Shown here one piece after another: positions 9,991 through 19,237 of a DNA stretch of 64,000 nucleotides. The DNA lies in NCBI GenBank assembly GCA_025361565.1, contig JANYKN010000050.1:17914-81913 (forward strand), in the 5' to 3' direction. The notes beneath the pieces are model-generated. The model did no database searches. It was not told where the DNA came from and saw only the letters and a program-made list of their open reading frames with translations. The translations under genes were made by a program, and so were the position numbers. The DNA is from Bacteroidota bacterium. GTDB taxonomy: Bacteria; Bacteroidota; Bacteroidia; Bacteroidales; NBLH01. The first letter of the stretch is position 1, and the number at the start of each line of letters is the position of its first letter.

Positions 9991-10417
9991 TTACATGTTG
10001 AAACTTCAAGTGTGAATAAATGTTAATAAGGTGGGGTTGGAATGATAATCAATGATACCTTAAAGTAAACAAAATATGTATTGATTGTTAACTATTCTAT
10101 TGAATTCATCTGCTAAATACCCAATAAAACTTGATATTTCATTTGGTTTCTTTTTTTTGCGGATAAATTAACAAATAGATTATTTTCCATTCTAAATGTT
10201 AACACTTTTTAACCATTTCACTTTGTCTGATAAAAAATTAAGAGAAGGTGGACAGGAATTTTCTTTCCTCATTTTCTTGGTAATTTGATTTGCTAAAAGC
10301 AAATTTCAACTGCATGTAAATTGTATGCACATTTTTGGTTAATGAATAAAATAATAATCAAATGATTATCGAAAAAATTTGTATTTTACAGACAATATTC
10401 ATTACTAATAAGAACAA

Positions 10418-11308
10418 GTGAAAATATTACTTATTTTTAATCCCCAGGCTGGTGGCGGAAAAGCTTCTCAAAAGCTTGAAAATGTAAAGAATTTATTTAC
10501 TGCAGCCCAAATTGACATTGAACTAATTTTGACCGAATATAGAGGCCATGCCACTGAAATTGTTTCTAAAAGCGATCTGAGCTTATATGATGGATTAGTT
10601 GCAGCAGGAGGTGATGGTACTTTTTTTGAGGTACTTAACGGTTTTTTCAGGAATGAAGGAAAACATGATATTCCTTTGGGAGTTCTGCCTGTTGGAACTG
10701 GTAATTCATTGGCCCAGGATATTATTGAAAATAATGATAGCCTGGAGGATTTTATCAAGCTTATAAAAAATGGAAATACAAGGGCAATTGATGTTATAAA
10801 AGTCAAAAATAGTAGCCAAGAATTCTATTATGCCAATACTATGGGACTTGGATATGTTTCAGATGTTAATATTACTGCAAACGGTATCAAGTTTTTTGGT
10901 AAAATAGCCTATACTTTAGGAGTTCTTTATCATACCATGAAACTGAGAACTTATCCGGTAAAAATAACTTATGATGACCAGGTTTTAAACCTCAACAATG
11001 TATTTATTTCCTTTTCAAACTCAAGATATACAGGTGGGAATTACTTTTTAGCGCCTGCTGCAAAAATTGATGATGGATTAATTGATTTAATCATTGTAAA
11101 CAAACTAAGCAGAATAAATTTACTCAAAACATTTCCCAAAATTTTTACCGGAAAACATGTTGAAACCAGGTTTGTAGATACCCTAAAAGCTAAAAATATT
11201 AAAATCGAAACCCAATCGAAAAAATTTTTATCACCTGATGGTGAAATTTTTGGCCAAACTCCTGTTGAAATAAGTTGCATGGCAAATGGGATTAGGGTGT
11301 TTTCTTAA
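10418..11308 (+). CDS. Diacylglycerol/lipid kinase family protein (YegS/BmrU-like)
   Basis: Motifs are MKILLIFNPQAGGGKA, AAGGDGTFFEVLNG and LGVLPVGTGNS. GTG is the apparent start. Confidence 0.85.
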   Translation: MKILLIFNPQAGGGKASQKLENVKNLFTAAQIDIELILTEYRGHATEIVSKSDLSLYDGLVAAGGDGTFFEVLNGFFRNEGKHDIPLGVLPVGTGNSLAQDIIENNDSLEDFIKLIKNGNTRAIDVIKVKNSSQEFYYANTMGLGYVSDVNITANGIKFFGKIAYTLGVLYHTMKLRTYPVKITYDDQVLNLNNVFISFSNSRYTGGNYFLAPAAKIDDGLIDLIIVNKLSRINLLKTFPKIFTGKHVETRFVDTLKAKNIKIETQSKKFLSPDGEIFGQTPVEISCMANGIRVFS

Positions 11309-11334
11309 ATGAGTTTTTCAACCAAAAGAATAAG

Positions 11335-11357
11335 AAAGCCATCATCGAGATGGCTTT
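11335..11357. terminator. Hairpin with a 9-bp stem (aaagccatc / gatggcttt) between convergent genes
   Basis: Read directly from the sequence. It lies between the lipid kinase stop (11308) and the potD stop (11364). Confidence 0.5.
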
Positions 11358-11363
11358 ACCTTA

Positions 11364-12596
11364 TTACAGATTGTCACCTTTAACTCGGCTCCACATCTCA
11401 AGTATTTTATCGTTTTTGTCCAGAAAGTCGTGGAGTAGTACGCACCGATTTACTACACTGCTGTCAGGATACTGAATCGGGTTTATATGCAATTTTTCGT
11501 TACCAGGGCCGAAGAAATAGTCCAGGTTAACTGTTCCGGTTAGTGTTGAATCAATTTGTGCTTTCATAATTTCGGGACTTGCTACGGCGCTGCAATATCC
11601 GCTCACGTTCATATTACGCAAAGCAATTTTAGACTGGCATAGATAATTGAGAAAATAACTTGCAGCCTTAACATTCCGAGCATATTTTGGAATAATCCAG
11701 CCGTCGAACCAAATATTACTACCTTCTTTGGGAACTACATAATCAAGCGAAACATTCACCTTGGCTGCTTCTTCGACAGCCCAAACCGCATCGCCACTCC
11801 AGGCATAATTCATCCACATTTCTCCCTTTGTCATCATTTCCTTTCCAAAATCAGCTTCCCAGCCGGCCAGATTAGGTTTTAACAATTTCAACTGCTTCTC
11901 AACCATGGCAATGTCCTGATCTGTGTGATCGTTAGAAATATTATACCTGGTTCGTTTCCCAGATATGATATCCTGGTAAAAGCCATAAATGGCAGCCATA
12001 TTATATACATCCCAGTAATGGTCCTTCATCAATATTTTTCCTTTGTTTTTTGGATTCCACAAGCACGCCCACGATTCAACTTCCTGCCTGGATATCTTTT
12101 GGGTATTGTACAAAATGCCCGAAGTACCCCACATATAAGGAACCATATAATCTACCGCCTTTTTGCCAGGGACGCTAAAGGCATCCATGCGTTCACGAAG
12201 AAATGGAGATATATTTCCCAGAGAGTCTCCTGTTTTTCCGAAATTACGATCGATAGGAAGCAGCATATCTTTTTTTAACATCCTTTCTATCAGGTACTGA
12301 GTGGGACATGCAAGATCGAAATCTTCCTTGCCCATTGCAATTTTGGTATACATTACTTCCGGCATATCAAATACCTGGTATACGATCTTGACATCCTCAC
12401 CAGTCTGCTCTTTGTACCACTTTGGAAATTCTTCCAGCAGACCTTCATCAATATAATCGGCCCAATTATAAATTTTCAAGATTTTTTTTCTTGATTGGTC
12501 ACTCTCTTTGCAAGAATTAAAAAAGGAAATAACAATAGTTACAAGCAATAGAAAGACAGTATTGCTAATGAATTTGGATTTGGTAAGTGGTCTCAT
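11364..12596 (-). CDS. potD: Spermidine/putrescine ABC transporter substrate-binding lipoprotein
   Basis: Lipoprotein signal VISFFNSCKES. The PotD-like segment reads KIYNWADYIDEGLLEEFPKWYKEQTG. It is the last gene of a potABC-like operon. Confidence 0.85.
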   Translation of the reverse strand: MRPLTKSKFISNTVFLLLVTIVISFFNSCKESDQSRKKILKIYNWADYIDEGLLEEFPKWYKEQTGEDVKIVYQVFDMPEVMYTKIAMGKEDFDLACPTQYLIERMLKKDMLLPIDRNFGKTGDSLGNISPFLRERMDAFSVPGKKAVDYMVPYMWGTSGILYNTQKISRQEVESWACLWNPKNKGKILMKDHYWDVYNMAAIYGFYQDIISGKRTRYNISNDHTDQDIAMVEKQLKLLKPNLAGWEADFGKEMMTKGEMWMNYAWSGDAVWAVEEAAKVNVSLDYVVPKEGSNIWFDGWIIPKYARNVKAASYFLNYLCQSKIALRNMNVSGYCSAVASPEIMKAQIDSTLTGTVNLDYFFGPGNEKLHINPIQYPDSSVVNRCVLLHDFLDKNDKILEMWSRVKGDNL

Positions 12597-12620
12597 ATAT
12601 AAAGGAATTAAGGTTTCGTT

Positions 12621-13409
12621 TTACAACTTCTTTTTAACATCTCTTCGGTTAATAATAATCAATAGCACCAGAACTGTGATAAAAATTATGGCGGAAAGCG
12701 GCCTGAGTTCAGGTGTAAGTCCTCCTCTTCGTGCATCGGCATAAATATAGGTCGAAAGTGTTTCAAGACCTTCATTGCCAATAGTAAACAGGGTAACAAC
12801 AAAATCATCAATTGAAAGGGTGAACGCGAGTATAAAACCACTGATCATACCCGGTCTTAGCTCTGGAAGCAATATTTTCCATAATGCATGAAAAGGTGTA
12901 GCACCCAGATCTAGTGCTGCTTCGTAAAGATTGGCGTTCATGCGGCGAAGGCGGGGTAGCACACTCAGCACTACATAAGGTGTGCAAAAGGTGATATGAG
13001 CCAAAATTACTGTTGCATATCCCTGTGTTATTCCAATACTCACAAAAAGTAAAAACAATGATATAGCAGTAATAATATCAGGATTGAGGATGGGTATGGT
13101 ATTTACCAGCTGAATTGCTCTTTGCTGGCGCGGCTTAAGGTTGTAAATTCCTATAGCGGCCATCGTTCCCAGTACAGTTGAGGCAAATGCTGCGCTCAAT
13201 CCAATAATGAGCGTATTCCACAGTGCACTGGTAAGCGAATGATGTATTCCTCCTCGAAAGATAGATGAATAAAGCTTAAATGAAAAACCTGTCCAATTGC
13301 CTAATACCCTGGCTTCTGTAAATGAAAAAATAACAACGATAAGTATTGGTGCATAGAGCATTACCAGTAAAAGTCCCAAGTAAGAAGATGAAAGTATTTT
13401 TTTTATCAT
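12621..13409 (-). CDS. potC: Spermidine/putrescine ABC transporter permease
   Basis: Six-TM permease with EAA loop EAALDLGATPFHALWKILLPELRPG. It overlaps potB by 4 nt. Confidence 0.88.
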   Translation of the reverse strand: MIKKILSSSYLGLLLVMLYAPILIVVIFSFTEARVLGNWTGFSFKLYSSIFRGGIHHSLTSALWNTLIIGLSAAFASTVLGTMAAIGIYNLKPRQQRAIQLVNTIPILNPDIITAISLFLLFVSIGITQGYATVILAHITFCTPYVVLSVLPRLRRMNANLYEAALDLGATPFHALWKILLPELRPGMISGFILAFTLSIDDFVVTLFTIGNEGLETLSTYIYADARRGGLTPELRPLSAIIFITVLVLLIIINRRDVKKKL

Positions 13410-14206
13410 ATCAAATTTCCTTCCTCCGCAGCTTTAGTGCTTCCACCAGTCTGAAGCAGTGATGTTATACCAACAAGCAGAAGCATCACCAATGAAAGGG
13501 CAGCTCCATAATTCCATGTTCCGTTATAAATGTTTTCCTGGAGCGTGGTACCAAACAATTTAATATTGTTTATAGTTAGTAGCTCTGCAATGGCAAAGGT
13601 TGAAATAACAGGCATAAAAACCATCATAACTCCGCTGGCGATACCTGGTTTCGATAATGGGAGTATAGTCCTGAAAAAAACTTGTTTTGGATTTGCCCCA
13701 AGATCCTGTGCTGCTTCAATTAAATTTTGATCCGTTTTCTGCAAAACGTTGTAAATTGGATAAATCATAAAAGGTAGGAAATTATAAACCATCCCAAAAA
13801 TGAGGGCTCCTTGCCCCAATGGCAGCTTTAAAAAATCGAACAATGCTACTGTAGCCAAGGTTCTGATAAGAAAATTGACCCACATGGGTAAAATGAAAAG
13901 TATCACCAGTAATTTTGCCCTGTGCGATTCCATCCTGCTTAACAGGTATGCTGCAGGATATCCCAAAAGAATACATAAAATTGTAGTAATTGCTGCAATA
14001 ATAACAGAATAGATGAAGGTGTTCATTGCTTCTGTCTGCAACCAGAATTTTCGGAAATTTGTGAACGAAAATTCGCCTTCATTATTGGTGAAAGCAAACC
14101 AAACAATTAAAACCATTGGAACCAAAACAAAAAAAGAAAGATAAAGGACATATGGAATTGTCCAATTCCTCCTTCGCCCAAAAAATGATAAAAATTTTCT
14201 TAGCAA
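13406..14206 (-). CDS. potB: Spermidine/putrescine ABC transporter permease
   Basis: EAA loop EAAQDLGANPKQVFFRTILPLSKPG. It has a multi-TM profile. Confidence 0.88.
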   Translation of the reverse strand: MLRKFLSFFGRRRNWTIPYVLYLSFFVLVPMVLIVWFAFTNNEGEFSFTNFRKFWLQTEAMNTFIYSVIIAAITTILCILLGYPAAYLLSRMESHRAKLLVILFILPMWVNFLIRTLATVALFDFLKLPLGQGALIFGMVYNFLPFMIYPIYNVLQKTDQNLIEAAQDLGANPKQVFFRTILPLSKPGIASGVMMVFMPVISTFAIAELLTINNIKLFGTTLQENIYNGTWNYGAALSLVMLLLVGITSLLQTGGSTKAAEEGNLI

Positions 14207-14218
14207 GTTTATATGAAT

Positions 14219-15607
14219 TTAAAGGTTTTCAATTTGAATTGATTTGGGAGAAATACTTATCCCCACAGTGTCGTCATCATCCCATATATCGTTGGTATCT
14301 ATATAGATGTGTTCATTTCCTTCAATAAGTACAGTAAGGTGATAATGATTTCCTTTGTACAAGATGAAACTAACAACACCACTTAACATACCATCCTCTT
14401 CGTTATCATGCAGTACCACATTCCTAAAATCAACCAGGACTTTTACCTTGGCATCGCTAGTGAAATTTTGTGCATCATCGCATTTGAACGTATTCCCAAG
14501 GAATCGGACATGTAACTTATCAACTATACTTCCCTCGAATGTATTGCAATGCCGTTCTTTTTTCATTACCTGAATATCGAATGGTTTCACCCTTAGTCCA
14601 ACCGTTTTACCTGGCTCAAAACAATGATAATCCTGAATTATAAACTCAAAACCCTCGGAGCTAGTAACCATCATCTCATAATGCACGCCTTTGAATATAC
14701 TTGATGTAACCTGGCCGCTAAACTGAGCTGCATCAGACATTTCGAAAATGTAAATATCTTCAGGACGGATCACAACTTCGACAGGTTCATTAGGCCCGAA
14801 GCCCTTATCCACACATTCAAACTGCTGGCCGGCAAATTCTACAAGCTCGTCTTCAATCATTATTCCGTCAAGGATATTACTTTCGCCAATAAAATCGGCT
14901 ACAAACGAGTTTTTCGGTTCATTATATATTTCTGTTGGTGTGCCAATTTGCTGTATAATTCCCTCGCGCATTACCACAATTCTGTCACTTAAAGTAAGAG
15001 CCTCTTCCTGATCGTGTGTAATATAGACAAAACTGATATTCAATTTTTTGTGCATAGCCTTTATTTCCATTTGCATATCCTTTCGCATTTTATGGTCAAG
15101 GGCAGCCAATGGTTCATCGAGGAGCAAAACTTCAGGTTGGTTAACAATAGCGCGGGCAATGGCTACACGCTGTTGCTGACCACCTGAGAGCGAATCCACA
15201 TCACGTCCTTCGTAATCGGACATGATCACCATTTTCAAAACTTGTTTCACCTTTTTTTTGATTTCATCAACAGGGATCTTTTTTAGTTTAAGCCCGAAAG
15301 CTATATTTTCAAAGACGTTAAGGTGAGGAAATAGCGCATATTTTTGAAAAACAGTATTTACTGGTCGAAGATGAGGAGGAGTGATTGTCATATCCTGACC
15401 TATAATGGTTATTTTTCCGTCAGAAGCCTTTAGGAATCCAGCAATTAGTCTCATCAACGTTGTTTTTCCACAACCTGAAGGACCAAGTATGGTTACAAAC
15501 TCTCCTTTACCGATAGAAAGATTAATATCATGAAGAACTGTCTTGTCTCCAAATGTATGGGATAAGTGCTCAACAGTGATGATATTGTTATCATTATTAT
15601 GTTGCAT
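14219..15607 (-). CDS. potA: Spermidine/putrescine ABC transporter ATPase with an extended C-terminal TOBE-like region
   Basis: Walker A is GPSGCGKTT, the signature is [14 protein letters not shown] and Walker B is LLLDEPL. The C-terminal region looks like two TOBE-like beta modules. Confidence 0.9.
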   Translation of the reverse strand: MQHNNDNNIITVEHLSHTFGDKTVLHDINLSIGKGEFVTILGPSGCGKTTLMRLIAGFLKASDGKITIIGQDMTITPPHLRPVNTVFQKYALFPHLNVFENIAFGLKLKKIPVDEIKKKVKQVLKMVIMSDYEGRDVDSLSGGQQQRVAIARAIVNQPEVLLLDEPLAALDHKMRKDMQMEIKAMHKKLNISFVYITHDQEEALTLSDRIVVMREGIIQQIGTPTEIYNEPKNSFVADFIGESNILDGIMIEDELVEFAGQQFECVDKGFGPNEPVEVVIRPEDIYIFEMSDAAQFSGQVTSSIFKGVHYEMMVTSSEGFEFIIQDYHCFEPGKTVGLRVKPFDIQVMKKERHCNTFEGSIVDKLHVRFLGNTFKCDDAQNFTSDAKVKVLVDFRNVVLHDNEEDGMLSGVVSFILYKGNHYHLTVLIEGNEHIYIDTNDIWDDDDTVGISISPKSIQIENL

Positions 15608-15672
15608 GAATCGAGAAAATGAGCTTAATAATTTTATAGTTAGATGATTTCAAAAAGCATTAAAACTGAAAT

Positions 15673-15680
15673 CAAAGATA
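15673..15680 (-). promoter_or_regulatory. Candidate -7 promoter element (TAtcTTTG on the minus strand) for potABCD
   Basis: The plus strand reads CAAAgaTA, 65 nt upstream of the potA ATG. Confidence 0.35.
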
Positions 15681-15861
15681 ATTATTCAGATGAATTTTAA
15701 GTAAGTATATAGTTAATTTTTTTCTAAAATAGGAGGTGAGGAAATTTTCAAAGATCAAATCACAATATTGATGTTTTTACCGTGAATGAAACTGATTTTA
15801 ATTATACTTCAATTTTGATAATTGTGTTGAATTTGCTGATTAAATTAGTCACATTTACAGC

Positions 15862-15897
15862 AAAAAAAACCGAAAATCAAAGACTTTCGGTTTTTTA
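15862..15897 (-). terminator. Rho-independent terminator ending the 15.9-30 kb minus-strand cluster
   Basis: The stem is aaccgaaa / tttcggtt with a 9-nt loop, flanked by an A-run and a T-run. It lies 30 nt past the stop at 15927. Confidence 0.7.
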
Positions 15898-15926
15898 GTT
15901 TAAAGGTTAAAGCAAATTTTATGATA

Positions 15927-18900
15927 TTAAACCTTAATTCCCATAACCAACACGTCATCAATCTGTGCCAAATCGCGTTTCCACTTCATAAAAGCTTGTT
16001 CCAGTATTATTTTTTGTTCGATCATTGATTTGCCTTGAGCGGACATTAAAAGTTCCTTAAATCGCTTCGATTTGAATTTTTCACCGGTTTCTCCACCAAA
16101 CTGATCAACATATCCATCTGAAAATGAGTACAAACTATCTCCATTTTTAAGTTGGAACACATGGTTTGTAAATTCTTTTTCGGCCAAATGGATTCCTATT
16201 GGCTGACGATCGGCTTTTAAATGGATTAATTCATAACGTGCATCTATATCAATGCTCTCGTCTTTAAGGTTTATTTCTTGATTTGGCCTAATGATATATA
16301 GCGGATTGTAAGCGCCTGCATATTGAAGCATCAATGTTTCGCTGTCAATAATTAAAAGTGCTATGTCCATACCATCCTTCTGTTCTCCTTCCTTGCCTTC
16401 CTGATGCAATGATTGTTTTACTTTGCTCCGTAACCGGTTTAGTATCTGTGCTGCACTGTCCATGCTTCTACGAGTTATAATTTCGTTAAGGAACGAACTT
16501 CCCAACATGCTCATAAAAGCACCAGGAACTCCATGTCCGGTGCAATCTGCTGCAACAACTGCCACGTAGTTGTTGATCTTTTTCATCCAGTAAAAATCAC
16601 CACTTACAATATCGCGTGGTTTATAGTATATGAAATGCTCCAGTAAAATATCATCAGCATATTGGGTTGACGGTAGCACTGCTTGCTGTATCCTTTGGGC
16701 ATAGCTGATGCTGTCGAGAATTTCCTTTTTTTGTTTGTAAGCAATATCGCGCTGTTCTTCAATTTTAGTTTTACTGCGTTCAATTTCTTCTGTTCGTTCT
16801 TTCACAATTTCTTCCAAGCGATCTTTCTCTTTTTCAGAAGCACGCATACTCCATATAAAATAGAACCTGATGAGCACAATCAATATCAAAACATAGATTA
16901 ATATAGCCCACCATTGCCTGAATATAGGGGTGAGGACTTTAAAACTAAATTCAGCCTTATCTGCAATTTTTCCAAACTCGTTGCGGGCTTCAACCATAAA
17001 CCGATATTCACCGTCCGGCAGATTGGTATAGTCCTTTTTTGTCAATAAATCCCAACTTGATGTATCTTTATCAAATCCTTTCAGGAAAAAGCGATATTCA
17101 ACTTTTCCCATAGCTGGAAAAACCGGAGCGCTAAACTCAAATTGAAGGGAATTGTTTGAATATCCAATTCTTGTTGTTTTTTCATTCAGATTAATCAATG
17201 AATCTTTTGATATAATTCTTATTTTACTAATCTGTGTCTTAAAATTAGCATCATAATCGTATAAATCTTTATAGTTCGAAATAAGCAAACCATCTTTTCC
17301 ACCAGCCCACAGTTGCGATTTTTTATCGTTTAACCAAGTGGTTTGAACCGAGAATGAAGCTACAGGCAAGAATTGAGTTGGGTTTAGTGCAACCCGGTTG
17401 TCTCCAGTATTTAAGAACGATAGGTTCTTTTGTTCACCATTGGTTACTACATATGAATTTTCTGATATTTCAAATAAATCGTGAATCCATAATTGCTGTG
17501 ATGCAGTATCATTAGGTAAAAGCGAGAAAGGTATTATTTTATTTGAAGCTTTATTTATCGAATAAAGCCCTTTTTCGGAACTCAGGAATATTTCACCTGC
17601 TTTTTTATTTAAATGGAGATAGGTGAAATTAATTTCGGCCTCAATTTCAACTAGTTGTTTGTTTTTGGATTTGTAAATATATATTTTTCCCGGACTAACT
17701 TCCATGTATAAATCTCCTTCTTTGTCTTCGACAAGGTTGAGCACATCACCAGTCATTCCTGGAATGGTTTGGATTGCTTTGATATTATTGTTATCTTTTT
17801 GATAAACAACTACTTTTCGGTTTTGACCAACATAAATTAAATTTGTATGAACCGATGAAGGTGCCATACAAAAAGTGAACCCTGTATTTTCTATAGCCTG
17901 CACATTTAACCCTTTTACTTTGAATATTCCACGCGAAGTTGCTGCAAGAATGTAATCATTGATTTTAAGTAGGGATAAGCAAGCTCCTTCAATTTTATTT
18001 ATTTTATTAATTGATGACGCTTCTAAATAAAAAAGGCCTTGATCTGTTGCAAAATATAGCGAATTTGCAAGTTCTTCAATATCTTGCACTTTACCAAACA
18101 GACCACTTGTTTTATTGTCTATATAGCTTAGTGGCCAGTTTATTTCTGCTTTTGAAATGCCATTATTGGTTGTTATCCAGAGTGATGCGCCTTTATCTAA
18201 AAATAATGAATTAATGCTTTCGTCCTGCAGTTTCGATGACCTATCAATTACCTTCAGTATTTTTCCAGATTCATTGATTAATACTATTCCTCCGGTTAAA
18301 GTACCAATTGCATAGTTTGATTTGCTTGATTTTATACCACAGGATAAGCCGTACTTTTTAATATATTCATTGATAGGGGATTCAAATACAATGATTTCAT
18401 TATTTTTTAGTAAAAAAATGCCTTGATTTTCAGAACCTATCATTATTTCATTTTTGTTACCTGTAGGTATCATAAAAAGTATATTCAGAAAAGGCATTTC
18501 TGTTTTGAGTACTACTTTTTTAAATTTCTTATCATGATAAATGCATAATCCGGATGCATTTGACCGATTATTTTTGGAATCGAAAAGGATAAAGATTTGT
18601 TTGTTTACCCGGAATGCTGAAAGCGCCTGATTATCCAAAGTAATTTTTTCGGTTTTTGTTCCATCATAACAAAACATCGTTTTATCGGAGAAAAAGTAGG
18701 TATAGTTATCTATACATAAAACCTTATAGATGAGTCCTATAGTTGTTTTGTCTTCTGTTGAATCAACCAGCGAAAAAAAATGAGTTAACCCTTTTTTGTC
18801 TTTTTCAAGATATCCAAAATCGTATAGTCCACCTGCAAAAACCTGTCCTTTGGCGTTCATATTCATGGATAGAATGCGCATTCCGCTGGAAGATGGTATT

Positions 18901-19136
18901 TTTGTCCACTTTGTTCCGTCGTATTCCAGAATTCCGGAAAAGTTGGCAAAATACATAATCCCATTTAAATCCTGTACCATTTCAAAGCTTTTTTCATGGG
19001 CATTGTATTCTTCAGGAGTATAATTCCTGATGAATGGAAGGCCGCCAGTTTTATCAAAATTTTGGGATAATGCAGGCATAGCCAATATGGTAAGGAATAT
19101 TAAATAAATTAATCGATATCTTATTTTCCTGCTCAT
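15927..19136 (-). CDS. Sensor protein phosphatase with a periplasmic two-component-regulator-propeller region, a Y_Y_Y domain, one TM helix, a coiled coil and a PP2C/SpoIIE phosphatase domain
   Basis: Signal peptide MSRKIRYRLIYLIFLTILAMPALSQ. It has a propeller-type repeat region. The Y_Y_Y-like segment is VEYRFFLKGFDKDTSSW...LPDGEYRFMVEARN. The TM helix WWAILIYVLILIVLIRFYFIW is at about aa 742-762. PP2C motifs are SGDFYW, DCTGHGVPGA and SDGYVDQFG. Confidence 0.85.
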   Translation of the reverse strand: MSRKIRYRLIYLIFLTILAMPALSQNFDKTGGLPFIRNYTPEEYNAHEKSFEMVQDLNGIMYFANFSGILEYDGTKWTKIPSSSGMRILSMNMNAKGQVFAGGLYDFGYLEKDKKGLTHFFSLVDSTEDKTTIGLIYKVLCIDNYTYFFSDKTMFCYDGTKTEKITLDNQALSAFRVNKQIFILFDSKNNRSNASGLCIYHDKKFKKVVLKTEMPFLNILFMIPTGNKNEIMIGSENQGIFLLKNNEIIVFESPINEYIKKYGLSCGIKSSKSNYAIGTLTGGIVLINESGKILKVIDRSSKLQDESINSLFLDKGASLWITTNNGISKAEINWPLSYIDNKTSGLFGKVQDIEELANSLYFATDQGLFYLEASSINKINKIEGACLSLLKINDYILAATSRGIFKVKGLNVQAIENTGFTFCMAPSSVHTNLIYVGQNRKVVVYQKDNNNIKAIQTIPGMTGDVLNLVEDKEGDLYMEVSPGKIYIYKSKNKQLVEIEAEINFTYLHLNKKAGEIFLSSEKGLYSINKASNKIIPFSLLPNDTASQQLWIHDLFEISENSYVVTNGEQKNLSFLNTGDNRVALNPTQFLPVASFSVQTTWLNDKKSQLWAGGKDGLLISNYKDLYDYDANFKTQISKIRIISKDSLINLNEKTTRIGYSNNSLQFEFSAPVFPAMGKVEYRFFLKGFDKDTSSWDLLTKKDYTNLPDGEYRFMVEARNEFGKIADKAEFSFKVLTPIFRQWWAILIYVLILIVLIRFYFIWSMRASEKEKDRLEEIVKERTEEIERSKTKIEEQRDIAYKQKKEILDSISYAQRIQQAVLPSTQYADDILLEHFIYYKPRDIVSGDFYWMKKINNYVAVVAADCTGHGVPGAFMSMLGSSFLNEIITRRSMDSAAQILNRLRSKVKQSLHQEGKEGEQKDGMDIALLIIDSETLMLQYAGAYNPLYIIRPNQEINLKDESIDIDARYELIHLKADRQPIGIHLAEKEFTNHVFQLKNGDSLYSFSDGYVDQFGGETGEKFKSKRFKELLMSAQGKSMIEQKIILEQAFMKWKRDLAQIDDVLVMGIKV

Positions 19137-19237
19137 TCTTTGTTTTTATCTTTTTTTAAAACTATTCACTACTCAAGAGTTGAAATATTGAGAAACCAAT
19201 TTCCAATTTCTAATTTTAGTCAATCCATGTAGATTCT

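Noticed and set aside
14219-15607. PotA is about 80-90 aa longer than enterobacterial PotA; I considered this a novel fusion
   Set aside because: The extra C-terminal segment looks like a second TOBE-type beta module, and I recall Bacteroidota PotA proteins commonly being this length. It is probably lineage-typical rather than novel.
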